Virus record (IMG/VR): IMGVR_UViG_3300048997_000353
Span: 32,001 to 96,000 of that record
DNA from: a virus
DNA: 64,000 nucleotides
Reading direction: 5' to 3' (one strand)
Part shown: in pieces, positions 56,137 through 64,000 of the stretch
Numbering within the stretch: position 1 is the stretch's first letter
Layout: each line of letters opens with the position of its first letter
Position numbers and translations under genes: made by a program
Notes under the pieces: generated by a model
What the model was told of the DNA's origin: nothing
Seen by the model: the letters and a program-made list of their open reading frames with translations, nothing else
Database searches by the model: none

Positions 56137-57630
56137 ATGACCATGACATTCCTCGACCAGTTCAAGGCAGCACGCAGAGTATCTACTCCACTGATTGTTG
56201 TTCGAACCCCAGATCCAGCAGCCACGATTGGTGCCATCGGTTCCCTTGCAAATGGCGTTCGTCCTCCCCTCTTGCTGTGGGATATCGTTCGCGGCTTGGT
56301 CGGAGTTGGCAGGGAAGGCGAAGAAGTCGTGCGGCAAATCTGCGGACAAGAAGATCCTTCGATGATGACCAATCCAGTGGAGGCACTCAGCAAGGTAACG
56401 CGGATGCCGAAGAATTCCATCCTGCTGTTTGCGAACGCCCAGCGGTACATGGGTGAGGCGTCCGTGATTCAGGCGGTGTGGAATCTGCGGGACCTGTTCA
56501 AACAGGACTACCGGGCACTCGTCATGCTGTGCCCCATGATTACACTGCCGCCTGAGCTAGCGAATGACGTGCTCATTCTGGACGAGCCGTTACCCGACCT
56601 GGCTCAACTGACGGTGATCGTGAACGACACGTACACGGCGGTGAATCTGCCGCTGCCGAAGCCTGATATTGCCGCGCGGGCGGTGGACGCAATCTCTGGC
56701 CTTGCGGCGTTTCCAGCCGAGCAAGTCTGCGCCATGAGCATCACGAAACAAGGTCTCGATCTCGAAGCGCTCTGGGAACGCAAGCGCCAACAGATCGAAC
56801 AAACCCCGGGCCTGTCGGTGTGGCGCGGCGGCGAACGGTTCTCCGACATTGGCGGATGCAAAAACATCAAATCGTTTTCCTCCCGCGTCCTCAATGGCGA
56901 AGAACGGCCCCGGTCTATCGTCTTTATCGACGAAATCGAGAAGGCTCTGGCCGGAGCGGGCGGCGATACCAGCGGCACGTCACAGGAAATGCTGGGCACG
57001 CTGCTTACCTTCATGCAGGACAAGAACGCGACGGGCATGCTGTTCATCGGGCCCCCAGGCGCAGCCAAAACTGCGATGGCCAAAGCGGCTGGCAATGAAG
57101 CGGGCATTCCGACCATCGCGTTCGATATGTCCGGGATGAAGGGTTCCCTCGTTGGCGAATCCGGCGCAAACATGCGGACCGCGCTCAAGGTGGTCGAAGC
57201 GGTTTCGCAAAACCGGGCGCTGTTCATCGCAACCTGCAATTCCATCAGCGCACTGCCGCCGGAACTGCGGCGTCGGTTCTCCTTCGGCACATTCTTTTTT
57301 GATCTGCCGGACACAGAAGAACGCGAAGCCATCTGGAAGATTTATCTCGCCAAGTACAATCTGACCAACGGCAAGGCGCGACGCCCAGCCGATGAAGATT
57401 GGACGGGCGCGGAAATCAAACAGTGCTGCAACTTGGCCTACCGGCTCAAAACGTCGCTCGAAGATGCAGCGACCTACATTGTGCCCGTTGCCAAGAGCGC
57501 GGCCGAACAAATCTCCACCCTCCGCAAACAAGCGTCTGGCCGATTTATTTCTGCCAGCTATTCCGGTATCTACCAGGGCGCTTCCACCCTCCCGGCATCG
57601 GACGGCAAGCGGAAAGTGTCAGTCCAATGA
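56137..57630 (+). CDS. Ycf46-like AAA+ ATPase with permuted-looking motifs
   Basis: FIDEIEKA precedes GPPGAAKT; ATCNSISALPPELRRR; WTGAEI. Confidence 0.85.
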   Translation: MTMTFLDQFKAARRVSTPLIVVRTPDPAATIGAIGSLANGVRPPLLLWDIVRGLVGVGREGEEVVRQICGQEDPSMMTNPVEALSKVTRMPKNSILLFANAQRYMGEASVIQAVWNLRDLFKQDYRALVMLCPMITLPPELANDVLILDEPLPDLAQLTVIVNDTYTAVNLPLPKPDIAARAVDAISGLAAFPAEQVCAMSITKQGLDLEALWERKRQQIEQTPGLSVWRGGERFSDIGGCKNIKSFSSRVLNGEERPRSIVFIDEIEKALAGAGGDTSGTSQEMLGTLLTFMQDKNATGMLFIGPPGAAKTAMAKAAGNEAGIPTIAFDMSGMKGSLVGESGANMRTALKVVEAVSQNRALFIATCNSISALPPELRRRFSFGTFFFDLPDTEEREAIWKIYLAKYNLTNGKARRPADEDWTGAEIKQCCNLAYRLKTSLEDAATYIVPVAKSAAEQISTLRKQASGRFISASYSGIYQGASTLPASDGKRKVSVQ

Positions 57631-58112
57631 GTCCCAGCAGGCTCCTTCCGGCGAAAGCCGGATGGGATAACCGATGGGAAATCATCAGCGACGCCAGCGG
57701 TGAGAAATACACCGTTGGCCAGCGGTCGTTCGGCACGTGGTCCTGCTCGTGCAAGAAGTGGATTTTTTCGAAGGCGCCGAAGCCAGATTGCAAGCACATT
57801 CTCGAACTGAAAACCGAACGCGCCCGAACGGACCGCACGCCCACACCAACCATTGACCGCGATATTCCACGCGACTCAATCCGCCTTCTCTACCACTGTT
57901 TCGGGTGCGACAACGACGTCGAGCCTGAAATGCGACGTGACGGCGCAGCGTTTTGCCCGCTCTGCGGCTCATTCGCCCTTGGCGGCGGAGGCAGCGAGAG
58001 ATTCCGAACCAAACCGGCCGAGTACATGGCTGAACTCAACAAACCAAAACCGGAACCCAAACCGTCGCCGTTTCCCAGCAAGACGCGGCGCGCAATTCGA
58101 CTGGAGGATTGA
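57627..58112 (+). CDS. SWIM Zn-finger protein
   Basis: WSCSC...CKHI plus CFGC/CPLC. Confidence 0.75.
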   Translation: MSPSRLLPAKAGWDNRWEIISDASGEKYTVGQRSFGTWSCSCKKWIFSKAPKPDCKHILELKTERARTDRTPTPTIDRDIPRDSIRLLYHCFGCDNDVEPEMRRDGAAFCPLCGSFALGGGGSERFRTKPAEYMAELNKPKPEPKPSPFPSKTRRAIRLED

Positions 58113-58151
58113 AAATGGCCGCACAACAACTCAGAAAAAAGGTGGTGGACG

Positions 58152-58493
58152 ATGCCCTGTGACACAATCCAGCGCAGCAGTATTAGTCTCGAACTGAAAG
58201 CCGACAACAAGACGTTTTTAATTGCGGCTCTCAAGGCCCTCGGCTACACAGTGAGCGAATCGGGCGAAGTGGTCCGGTTCGTCGTCAGAGAAAATTACGA
58301 AACGCTCACTGGCAGCTTCATCAACGGCAAACTCAGACTCGAAGGCGATACCAGCACGGTCAATCGCTTCAACGTCAACGCCGTCAAACGCGCTTACTCA
58401 TTCCAAGTCGTGCAGTCCCAGGCCAAAAAACACGGCTGGACACTGAAACAGACGAAAGACAATAAATTCGTCGTCCAGAAAAGAGGAATGTAG
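58152..58493 (+). CDS. DUF1257-like protein
   Basis: LIAALKALGY...VKRAYS..VQSQAKKHGW; next to the Ycf46-like AAA gene. Confidence 0.65.
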   Translation: MPCDTIQRSSISLELKADNKTFLIAALKALGYTVSESGEVVRFVVRENYETLTGSFINGKLRLEGDTSTVNRFNVNAVKRAYSFQVVQSQAKKHGWTLKQTKDNKFVVQKRGM

Positions 58494-58496
58494 ACC

Positions 58497-58703
58497 ATGA
58501 AAAACGACGAAATGACTATCGAAATCCTCGAAGATGGCACGATCAAAACCACGACCAACCCGATCTCTGGAGCCAATCACCAGAACGCCGAAGAATTCTT
58601 GAAGTCCATGGCGCGTCTGGCGGGCGGCGAGACAACCCGCGTGCGGCGCAACGATCGCCACGAACACGGCCACACGCATACCGACGAACGGATCAAGCAA
58701 TGA
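58497..58703 (+). CDS. DUF2997-like protein
   Basis: IEILEDGTIK; standard partner of DUF1257. Confidence 0.6.
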   Translation: MKNDEMTIEILEDGTIKTTTNPISGANHQNAEEFLKSMARLAGGETTRVRRNDRHEHGHTHTDERIKQ

Positions 58704-58954
58704 AGGTCCGGTACCACAAAGCGGAAGAGATTATCGCCAACATCCGGAAGTATCACGGCTTCCGCTCTGCGAGTATCACGCACATGGCCCGGCTGAATTC
58801 AGAAACAGAACTCGAGATCGTGCCGGTGCCACATCCGCCCGATCCTGAATCAGCCGGAAAATGCAGTTTGCCCCGGTTCCAATCCGTAGACGGTTTGCGT
58901 TGGGTATGCGGCCACTTTGCCGAGATCGACTAATTCAAAAGGAGAATCAAGACC

Positions 58955-59878
58955 ATGGCAACCAAAGCTACTATCGTAGAACAATCCCTCGGAGATCAGC
59001 TACAGGAACGCGCAGTCGGATTGATCCTCACATTCTCCGGCATCGGCAACCGCCGGAAAGTGAGCATGTCCGATGTGGAAGTGGACGCCGACAAGGAACT
59101 CTTGGCGATGTCGAAAAAACTAATCGACGCGGAAGAGTTTGAGGCCATCCAATCGCTCGACGGCGAAGCGCGCCGCTATATCGAAACCCGCGCTCTGCCC
59201 TCGCAATTAAAGAAGGGAATCTATTTACTTCCCAACGCGCTCGTCACCGAAGTGGAAGAAAAACTGTCCGAGTTTGCTGCCAAGCGCGGCACGCTGGTCG
59301 AAGCCTTGCTGCTGCGCTACAGCGAACTGGTTGCCGAATCCCGCCGGCGACTCAAATCACTCTTCGATGCCACTGACTATCCCAACGCTGACTACATCCG
59401 CAACGCGTTCAAGCTGTCCTGGCGCATCATCGGATTCACAACGCCGACCAGCCTCAAGGAACTCGACCGGGCGCTCTACGACCGCGAATGCAAGAAGGCC
59501 GCGGAACAGTGGGCCGAATCGTGGAAAAACATTGAGCAACTTCTCGCGTGGAATCTGGCCGATCTGGTCGAACATTTGATCGGCCGCCTCGAACCCGACG
59601 AGAAAACCGGGAAAAAGAAAACGTTTAAGGACTCCGCCGTGACTAAAATTCAAGATTTCCTCAACACGTTCGACGCGCGGAACATCGGCAATTCAACCGA
59701 ACTCAAGGCGCTGGTCGACAAAACCAGAGTTTTGATTGCGGATGTAAACCCCGAGCAACTCCGCACCAGTCCCCGCACGCGGGATACGGTTGCCAAGGGT
59801 TTCGAGAAGATTGCCGACCTACTCGATCCAATGCTCGTCGAAAAACCAACTCGCGCTATTTCGTTTGAAGAGGATTGA
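58955..59878 (+). CDS. DUF3150-like protein
   Basis: SKKLID, GIYLLP, FDATDYP, LRTSPRTR motifs. Confidence 0.6.
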   Translation: MATKATIVEQSLGDQLQERAVGLILTFSGIGNRRKVSMSDVEVDADKELLAMSKKLIDAEEFEAIQSLDGEARRYIETRALPSQLKKGIYLLPNALVTEVEEKLSEFAAKRGTLVEALLLRYSELVAESRRRLKSLFDATDYPNADYIRNAFKLSWRIIGFTTPTSLKELDRALYDRECKKAAEQWAESWKNIEQLLAWNLADLVEHLIGRLEPDEKTGKKKTFKDSAVTKIQDFLNTFDARNIGNSTELKALVDKTRVLIADVNPEQLRTSPRTRDTVAKGFEKIADLLDPMLVEKPTRAISFEED

Positions 59879-59914
59879 GTTTGGCGGAGTCACCGGCCAC
59901 TTGGCTTCGCCAGG

Positions 59915-59961
59915 CAGGGCGCGCAGTACGTCATGGTCCTGCGCGCCCTGTTCTAACTTTT
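59915..59961 (+). terminator. Intrinsic terminator-like hairpin
   Basis: CAGGGCGCGCAG/CTGCGCGCCCTG followed by TTCTAACTTTT. Confidence 0.7.
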
Positions 59962-59967
59962 CGGTTT

Positions 59968-60022
59968 GTTTTTGCCGCTGGATTTTGTCTCGTGATGTCA
60001 GGTCATGCGGGGTGTCGCCGCA
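59968..60022 (-). repeat. Orphan pentamer-repeat unit
   Basis: + strand: GCCGCT(59974) GG ATTTT GTCTC GTGAT GTCAG GTCAT GCGGG GTGTC GCCGCA(60017); spacing 43. Confidence 0.85.
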
Positions 60023-60034
60023 AAGGAGAATATC

Positions 60035-60700
60035 ATGCTACCGATTATTTGCTTGGGATTTTTGTTAGGCATGAGGCACGCGACTGATGTGGACCATGTG
60101 TTTGCCGTAACGACGCTGGTTTCCCGCTATCGCAGCGCGGCGCGTGCGGCCATCGTCGGCGCGTTGTGGGGTGTTGGACATACGGTCATGGTGATGATCG
60201 TCGGCACTGGAATCATTTTATTCCAGTGGGTGATTCCAGTCCGGGCCGGTTTGGGAATGGAATTTTCGGTTGCCTTGATGCTGGTCGTTCTTGGGATTCT
60301 GAATTTAACCGGAGTCCCAGGCCGACAGGTTGAAGTGTACGATCACGCGACCGATGAATTCGTTCCACGTCCGCAACCACGGCTTGTGGCAACAATCAGG
60401 CCGGTGGTGGTCGGATTAGTTCACGGCTTGGCAGGGTCCGCAGCAATCGCGCTCATGGTTCTCAGTACAATCCACGAACCGCGCTTGGCTGTCGCGTATC
60501 TTGCATTGTTTGGGACCGGAACACTGGCCGGGATGATGCTGATTACAGCGGCGCTCGCGTATTCCTTCACGAAGATGCCAGCGCAGTTACTCCGCATTGG
60601 TTCTGGCATCCTGTCTCTCGGCTTCGGTCTTTTCTTGATCTATCAAATCGGAATCGTCGGTGGGCTCTTTACAAGCCATCCGGTCTGGAGTCCACGATGA
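60035..60700 (+). CDS. NiCoT/HoxN/HupN-type nickel/cobalt transporter
   Basis: LGMRHATDVDH signature, WGVGHT, GLVHGLAGS; about six TM segments. Confidence 0.88.
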   Translation: MLPIICLGFLLGMRHATDVDHVFAVTTLVSRYRSAARAAIVGALWGVGHTVMVMIVGTGIILFQWVIPVRAGLGMEFSVALMLVVLGILNLTGVPGRQVEVYDHATDEFVPRPQPRLVATIRPVVVGLVHGLAGSAAIALMVLSTIHEPRLAVAYLALFGTGTLAGMMLITAALAYSFTKMPAQLLRIGSGILSLGFGLFLIYQIGIVGGLFTSHPVWSPR

Positions 60701-61909
60701 AACTACAAAAGATCATTTACGTGCCGGAAGCAAGAGTAGAATTTTCCGCCGAGGACGTGAACGCGCTGTTCGCGGCATCGAGGGAGCACTACGATACGCT
60801 GTGTCGGCAACAGTCGGAGCCAGGTGGAATGCTTTGGGGACTCCGTAACCGGATTGAATATCCGCCTGTTGAACGGTGTCTGACGACTCACGACATTGAC
60901 TTGCTTTCGAAGATTTCCGAACGCATCAAAAACGTCCTAAATGACGACCGTCGCGATGCGGTCATTTCCGGAATCCGTTCTGAGTTACATAGGATTTTCA
61001 GAACGCTCAACGATGAATACAAGAGGCTAAACCCATGAAACTCAACTGCGGCGAGTGCCTCGACAAACACGTAACGGTGATTCGGCTGTGGCAAGACGGA
61101 ACTTGTCCATGCTGCCTCAGCGGGCACGATCTGGTGACGTGGACAACTTCAAACGGAGAAAAACGCCACGGAGTGCGGAAATTCGCGAAGGCTGGCTCCG
61201 ACACGTATGTCCTGTGGATAAATCCAAGCGGAGCCGTCAACGGCGGCGGTTGGGTGGACCCGGCGCAACTCACCGAGGGCCACACATGAAATCCAAACAG
61301 GATTGGGTTGTCATTCGTGATGCCGGCGCGACGGCGCTGTGCTTGCGGTGCGGCAAAATGGCGTCCGTCAAATTGCCGATGCCGTTGATGATGTATGTCG
61401 CGGCGATGAAAAGAATTCTGCAAACTTCACCGCAGGTGCAAACCGAAATGACGCGTCTATTCGTGGTGCCCACAAAGCAAACTTTCCAAAAGCGCCGAGC
61501 GACCACAGTGCAACTCACACTGGCACAGCGCATCCTGCTATCCGAACTCCAGTTGAAGCGCATGACGGCTGGCAAACGGAAGCCGACTATCACGCAGATG
61601 GTTAGCGAAGGCCTCGCGTTGCTGTTCCGGCGAGAGAAAATCAAGGAGAACCCATGAAGGAATTCATCGTCAAAGTGCAATGGCCCATTTCGACCAATGA
61701 GCCGCAACCGCTTGTTCTGGTTTACAACCGAGATCGGTCAATCCATCAAAAGTTTCCTGCAACCACGGAACTTCGAGAGCGGATGAACAATCGCCCGAAG
61801 GTTTATTTTTGGGCGGTTGTCAATCAACTCAATGGCAAGCTGGAACTCGGGAGAAACGCTCCCGATCAAAACTGGTAGGAAAGGCCGGGAATTGCTCCCC
61901 GGCCCGAAT

Positions 61910-61958
61910 GTTTTGCCGCTGTGTGACGTAATGATCCGTGGTGTCTAGTCCTGCCGCT
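61910..61958 (-). repeat. Orphan pentamer-repeat unit
   Basis: + strand: GCCGCT(61915) GT GTGAC GTAAT GATCC GTGGT GTCTA GTCCT GCCGCT(61953); spacing 38. Confidence 0.85.
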
Positions 61959-62014
61959 TTGCAAAAGCATATCACGCAACCGACGCGTAGAAGTCGCAAA
62001 AGGAGAATCGACCA

Positions 62015-62857
62015 ATGGCCACAAAAGTTTGGAAGGGATTTTTGAACTTCGGCCTTGTAACCATTCCAGTATATTTGAATACAGGCGCACGCGGCGAGAG
62101 CGTGAGCCTCAACACGTTCCACGAACCCTGCGGCTCCCGCGTTCGGATGCCGAAGTTCTGCGACACCTGCAACAAACAGATTCCCCCGGAAGAGATCGTG
62201 AAGGGCTACGCGAACGGCGATTCGTATGTGCCCATCACAAAAGAAGAATTGGAATCCATCGCGCCGGCTTCGGACAGGACGATGGAAATTCGCGAATGCG
62301 TCGAAGCCGACAAAGTTGATCCGATTTATTTGGCTGAATCCTTCTACTTGCTCCCGGACGATGCGGGCAGGAAAGCCTATTCCCTGCTGGTCCAGGCGCT
62401 CGCGGATTCCGGGCGCTGTGCCATCGCACAACTCACAAAGAGTAATCGCGAACACATCGTCCTGCTCAGGCCGCGCGAGAATGGCCTCGTGGCGCATTTC
62501 CTTTACTTCGAAAACGAAGTCAACCGCGTGCCTGAGTTTGAATCTCTCAAACAGATCGAGCTGTCGAAGGCGGAGCACAAGATGGCCGCGCAGTTGGTGG
62601 ACGATCTAGCCGCGCCGTTCGAACCTGGCCAGTACGAGGATGGATACTCGATGCGACTCAACGCCTTAATCGCGTCCAAACTCGACAAGAACACACCAGC
62701 ACCGAAACCCATCAAGTCCCAGGCACCTGCGTCAATGGATCTATCGGCGGCGCTGGCGGCTTCGCTGGGCCGACCGAAGCGGAAAATCACGCTCGACGAA
62801 GAACCGGCTGCCCCGAAAAAAGCTGGAGCTGGCAAGAAGGGACGCCGAGTAGCGTAA
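62015..62857 (+). CDS. ku: Ku DNA end-binding protein
   Basis: WKGFLNFGLVTIPV, EIVKGY, IYLAESFYLLP, FEPGQYEDGY, DLSAALAASL. Confidence 0.93.
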   Translation: MATKVWKGFLNFGLVTIPVYLNTGARGESVSLNTFHEPCGSRVRMPKFCDTCNKQIPPEEIVKGYANGDSYVPITKEELESIAPASDRTMEIRECVEADKVDPIYLAESFYLLPDDAGRKAYSLLVQALADSGRCAIAQLTKSNREHIVLLRPRENGLVAHFLYFENEVNRVPEFESLKQIELSKAEHKMAAQLVDDLAAPFEPGQYEDGYSMRLNALIASKLDKNTPAPKPIKSQAPASMDLSAALAASLGRPKRKITLDEEPAAPKKAGAGKKGRRVA

Positions 62858-62868
62858 GGAGAATCGAA

Positions 62869-63306
62869 ATGTCGTGGGAAACTGCAAAAGATAAGCTGAT
62901 CTGTTTCATGCTGGTTGACGATTCCCTTGGCATAAAAGTGTGTGGACCCAGCGCCAAGGGAATCGCCTTCTGGCGAGCGTTCATTCTTGAGGATCGTCAA
63001 ACCGGGGAAATCCATGCGGTTTGGCGATTCAAATATCCGGACGGCAATACTAGCTGGACGGAAATCACATGCACGAACGGACTATCGGGGGACGCGGCAA
63101 AGAACCATCTGCGCTGTGCCCTTGAAGATGTAATCAACAAGGCCAATGACGTTTTTGGATTGCCGCAGAAGGTCGAGTGCTTCTATCCACCGGACGACGG
63201 CGGTGATCCAGGAAAAACTTTGCTGTGGCTCGACGAGCACGACTTGATTGAATTCAGGGTTGAGAAAATCGATCCCAAGAAAGGAGATGGCGGACATGGA
63301 TCGTGA
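62869..63306 (+). CDS. Hypothetical protein
   Basis: TAAGGAG SD. Confidence 0.55.
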   Translation: MSWETAKDKLICFMLVDDSLGIKVCGPSAKGIAFWRAFILEDRQTGEIHAVWRFKYPDGNTSWTEITCTNGLSGDAAKNHLRCALEDVINKANDVFGLPQKVECFYPPDDGGDPGKTLLWLDEHDLIEFRVEKIDPKKGDGGHGS

Positions 63307-63508
63307 AGGAGACCAAACTACATGGCATATTCGCCTGTCTAGAAAAGTGGGTGATATTGAAGTGTGGAGATTATGGAAAGGAGACGAACCACAATCCAGC
63401 GAAATGCCTAAGTCTGTAGTTCAGAAATGGCTTGGTGAAGAGATTGCAAAAAAGACAGGCCTAGATTTCCCGCAGCACAAATCAAAACTAAAAAGGAGAA
63501 TCGACCGC

Positions 63509-64000
63509 ATGACTCAGAAAAAGTATGTAATTCATCCTCTCGCATTGCTGTTCCCGGCTGTGGCGGGCAAGGCGTTCAACGATCTGGTCGCCGATATCAA
63601 GGCGCACGGCTTGCTGAATCCCATTGTCCGACAGGGCCACACGATCATCGACGGCCGCACGCGCTTGGAAGCATGTAAGCAAGCGCGTGTGACGCCGAAG
63701 TTCGTGGAGTTTTCTTCGCTGGGCCAGAAGTGCACAGTCGAGAACTACATTTGGTCCTCGAATGTGGAACGCCGTCACCTGACCGAAGATCAGCGGGCCG
63801 TTGTGGCGCACGAATGGGCCAACGCGCTCGCGGAACAGGCTCGGGCCCGGCAAGTCGCGGCGCTCAAGAAGGGCAAGGTCGTGCAGATGAAATCAAAATC
63901 TGCAGGACCGGCAAAACCCAACGCGACCCGGCGTGCTGTGGCCGAACAGGGCCAGGTATCGGTGCATAAGATTCAACAGGTCGAAATGACCAAAAAGCAT
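63509..64000 (+). CDS. ParB-like N-terminal domain protein (runs off the window)
   Basis: HPLALLFP...LVADIKAHGLLNPI...IIDGRTRLEAC...NVERRHLT.DQRA. Confidence 0.8.
   Translation, partial: MTQKKYVIHPLALLFPAVAGKAFNDLVADIKAHGLLNPIVRQGHTIIDGRTRLEACKQARVTPKFVEFSSLGQKCTVENYIWSSNVERRHLTEDQRAVVAHEWANALAEQARARQVAALKKGKVVQMKSKSAGPAKPNATRRAVAEQGQVSVHKIQQVEMTKKH

Noticed and set aside
1-64000. Genome-wide TAG recoding
   Set aside because: Core genes (terL, portal, capsid, Ku) are intact in code 11 and several genes end plausibly at TAG. I noticed an informative in-frame TAG only in the PTH2-like gene.

Overview
About 64 kb of a tailed dsDNA phage or prophage (host not identifiable from sequence alone). 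Leftward (- strand) virion genes occupy 1-23.9 kb: tape measure (partial), tail chaperones with a -1 frameshift, tail tube, neck, a glycosyltransferase/methyltransferase block, major capsid protein with an unusual Cys-initiated C-terminal domain, scaffold, protease and a portal-MuF fusion. A 23-kb accessory/replication block separates portal from terminase (46.6-48.6 kb). A rightward early region starts at about 51.4 kb (HNH, WGR-ligase, Ycf46-type AAA module, Ni transporter, Ku, ParB-like). The main finding is a lone RAMP/Cas7-like gene (34440-35255) surrounded by three non-CRISPR arrays. These hold 55 copies of a 6-nt motif (AGCGGC on the - strand) separated by runs of NNNAC pentamers, so unit length is quantised at 8+5n nt. 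Single orphan units of the same grammar sit in distant intergenic regions, next to hairpins. This is a candidate phage RNA-guided system with a 5-nt periodic guide. A second candidate system is a PTH2-like gene with an amber stop at codon 3, followed by two CUA-anticodon tRNAs and a 50-nt CCA-ended mini-tRNA. Also present: a hammerhead ribozyme downstream of tRNA-Ala, a type I toxin-like peptide, and a PP-loop/ParB/poly-Gly-peptide cluster. All family assignments come from motif recognition by eye; no searches were run.
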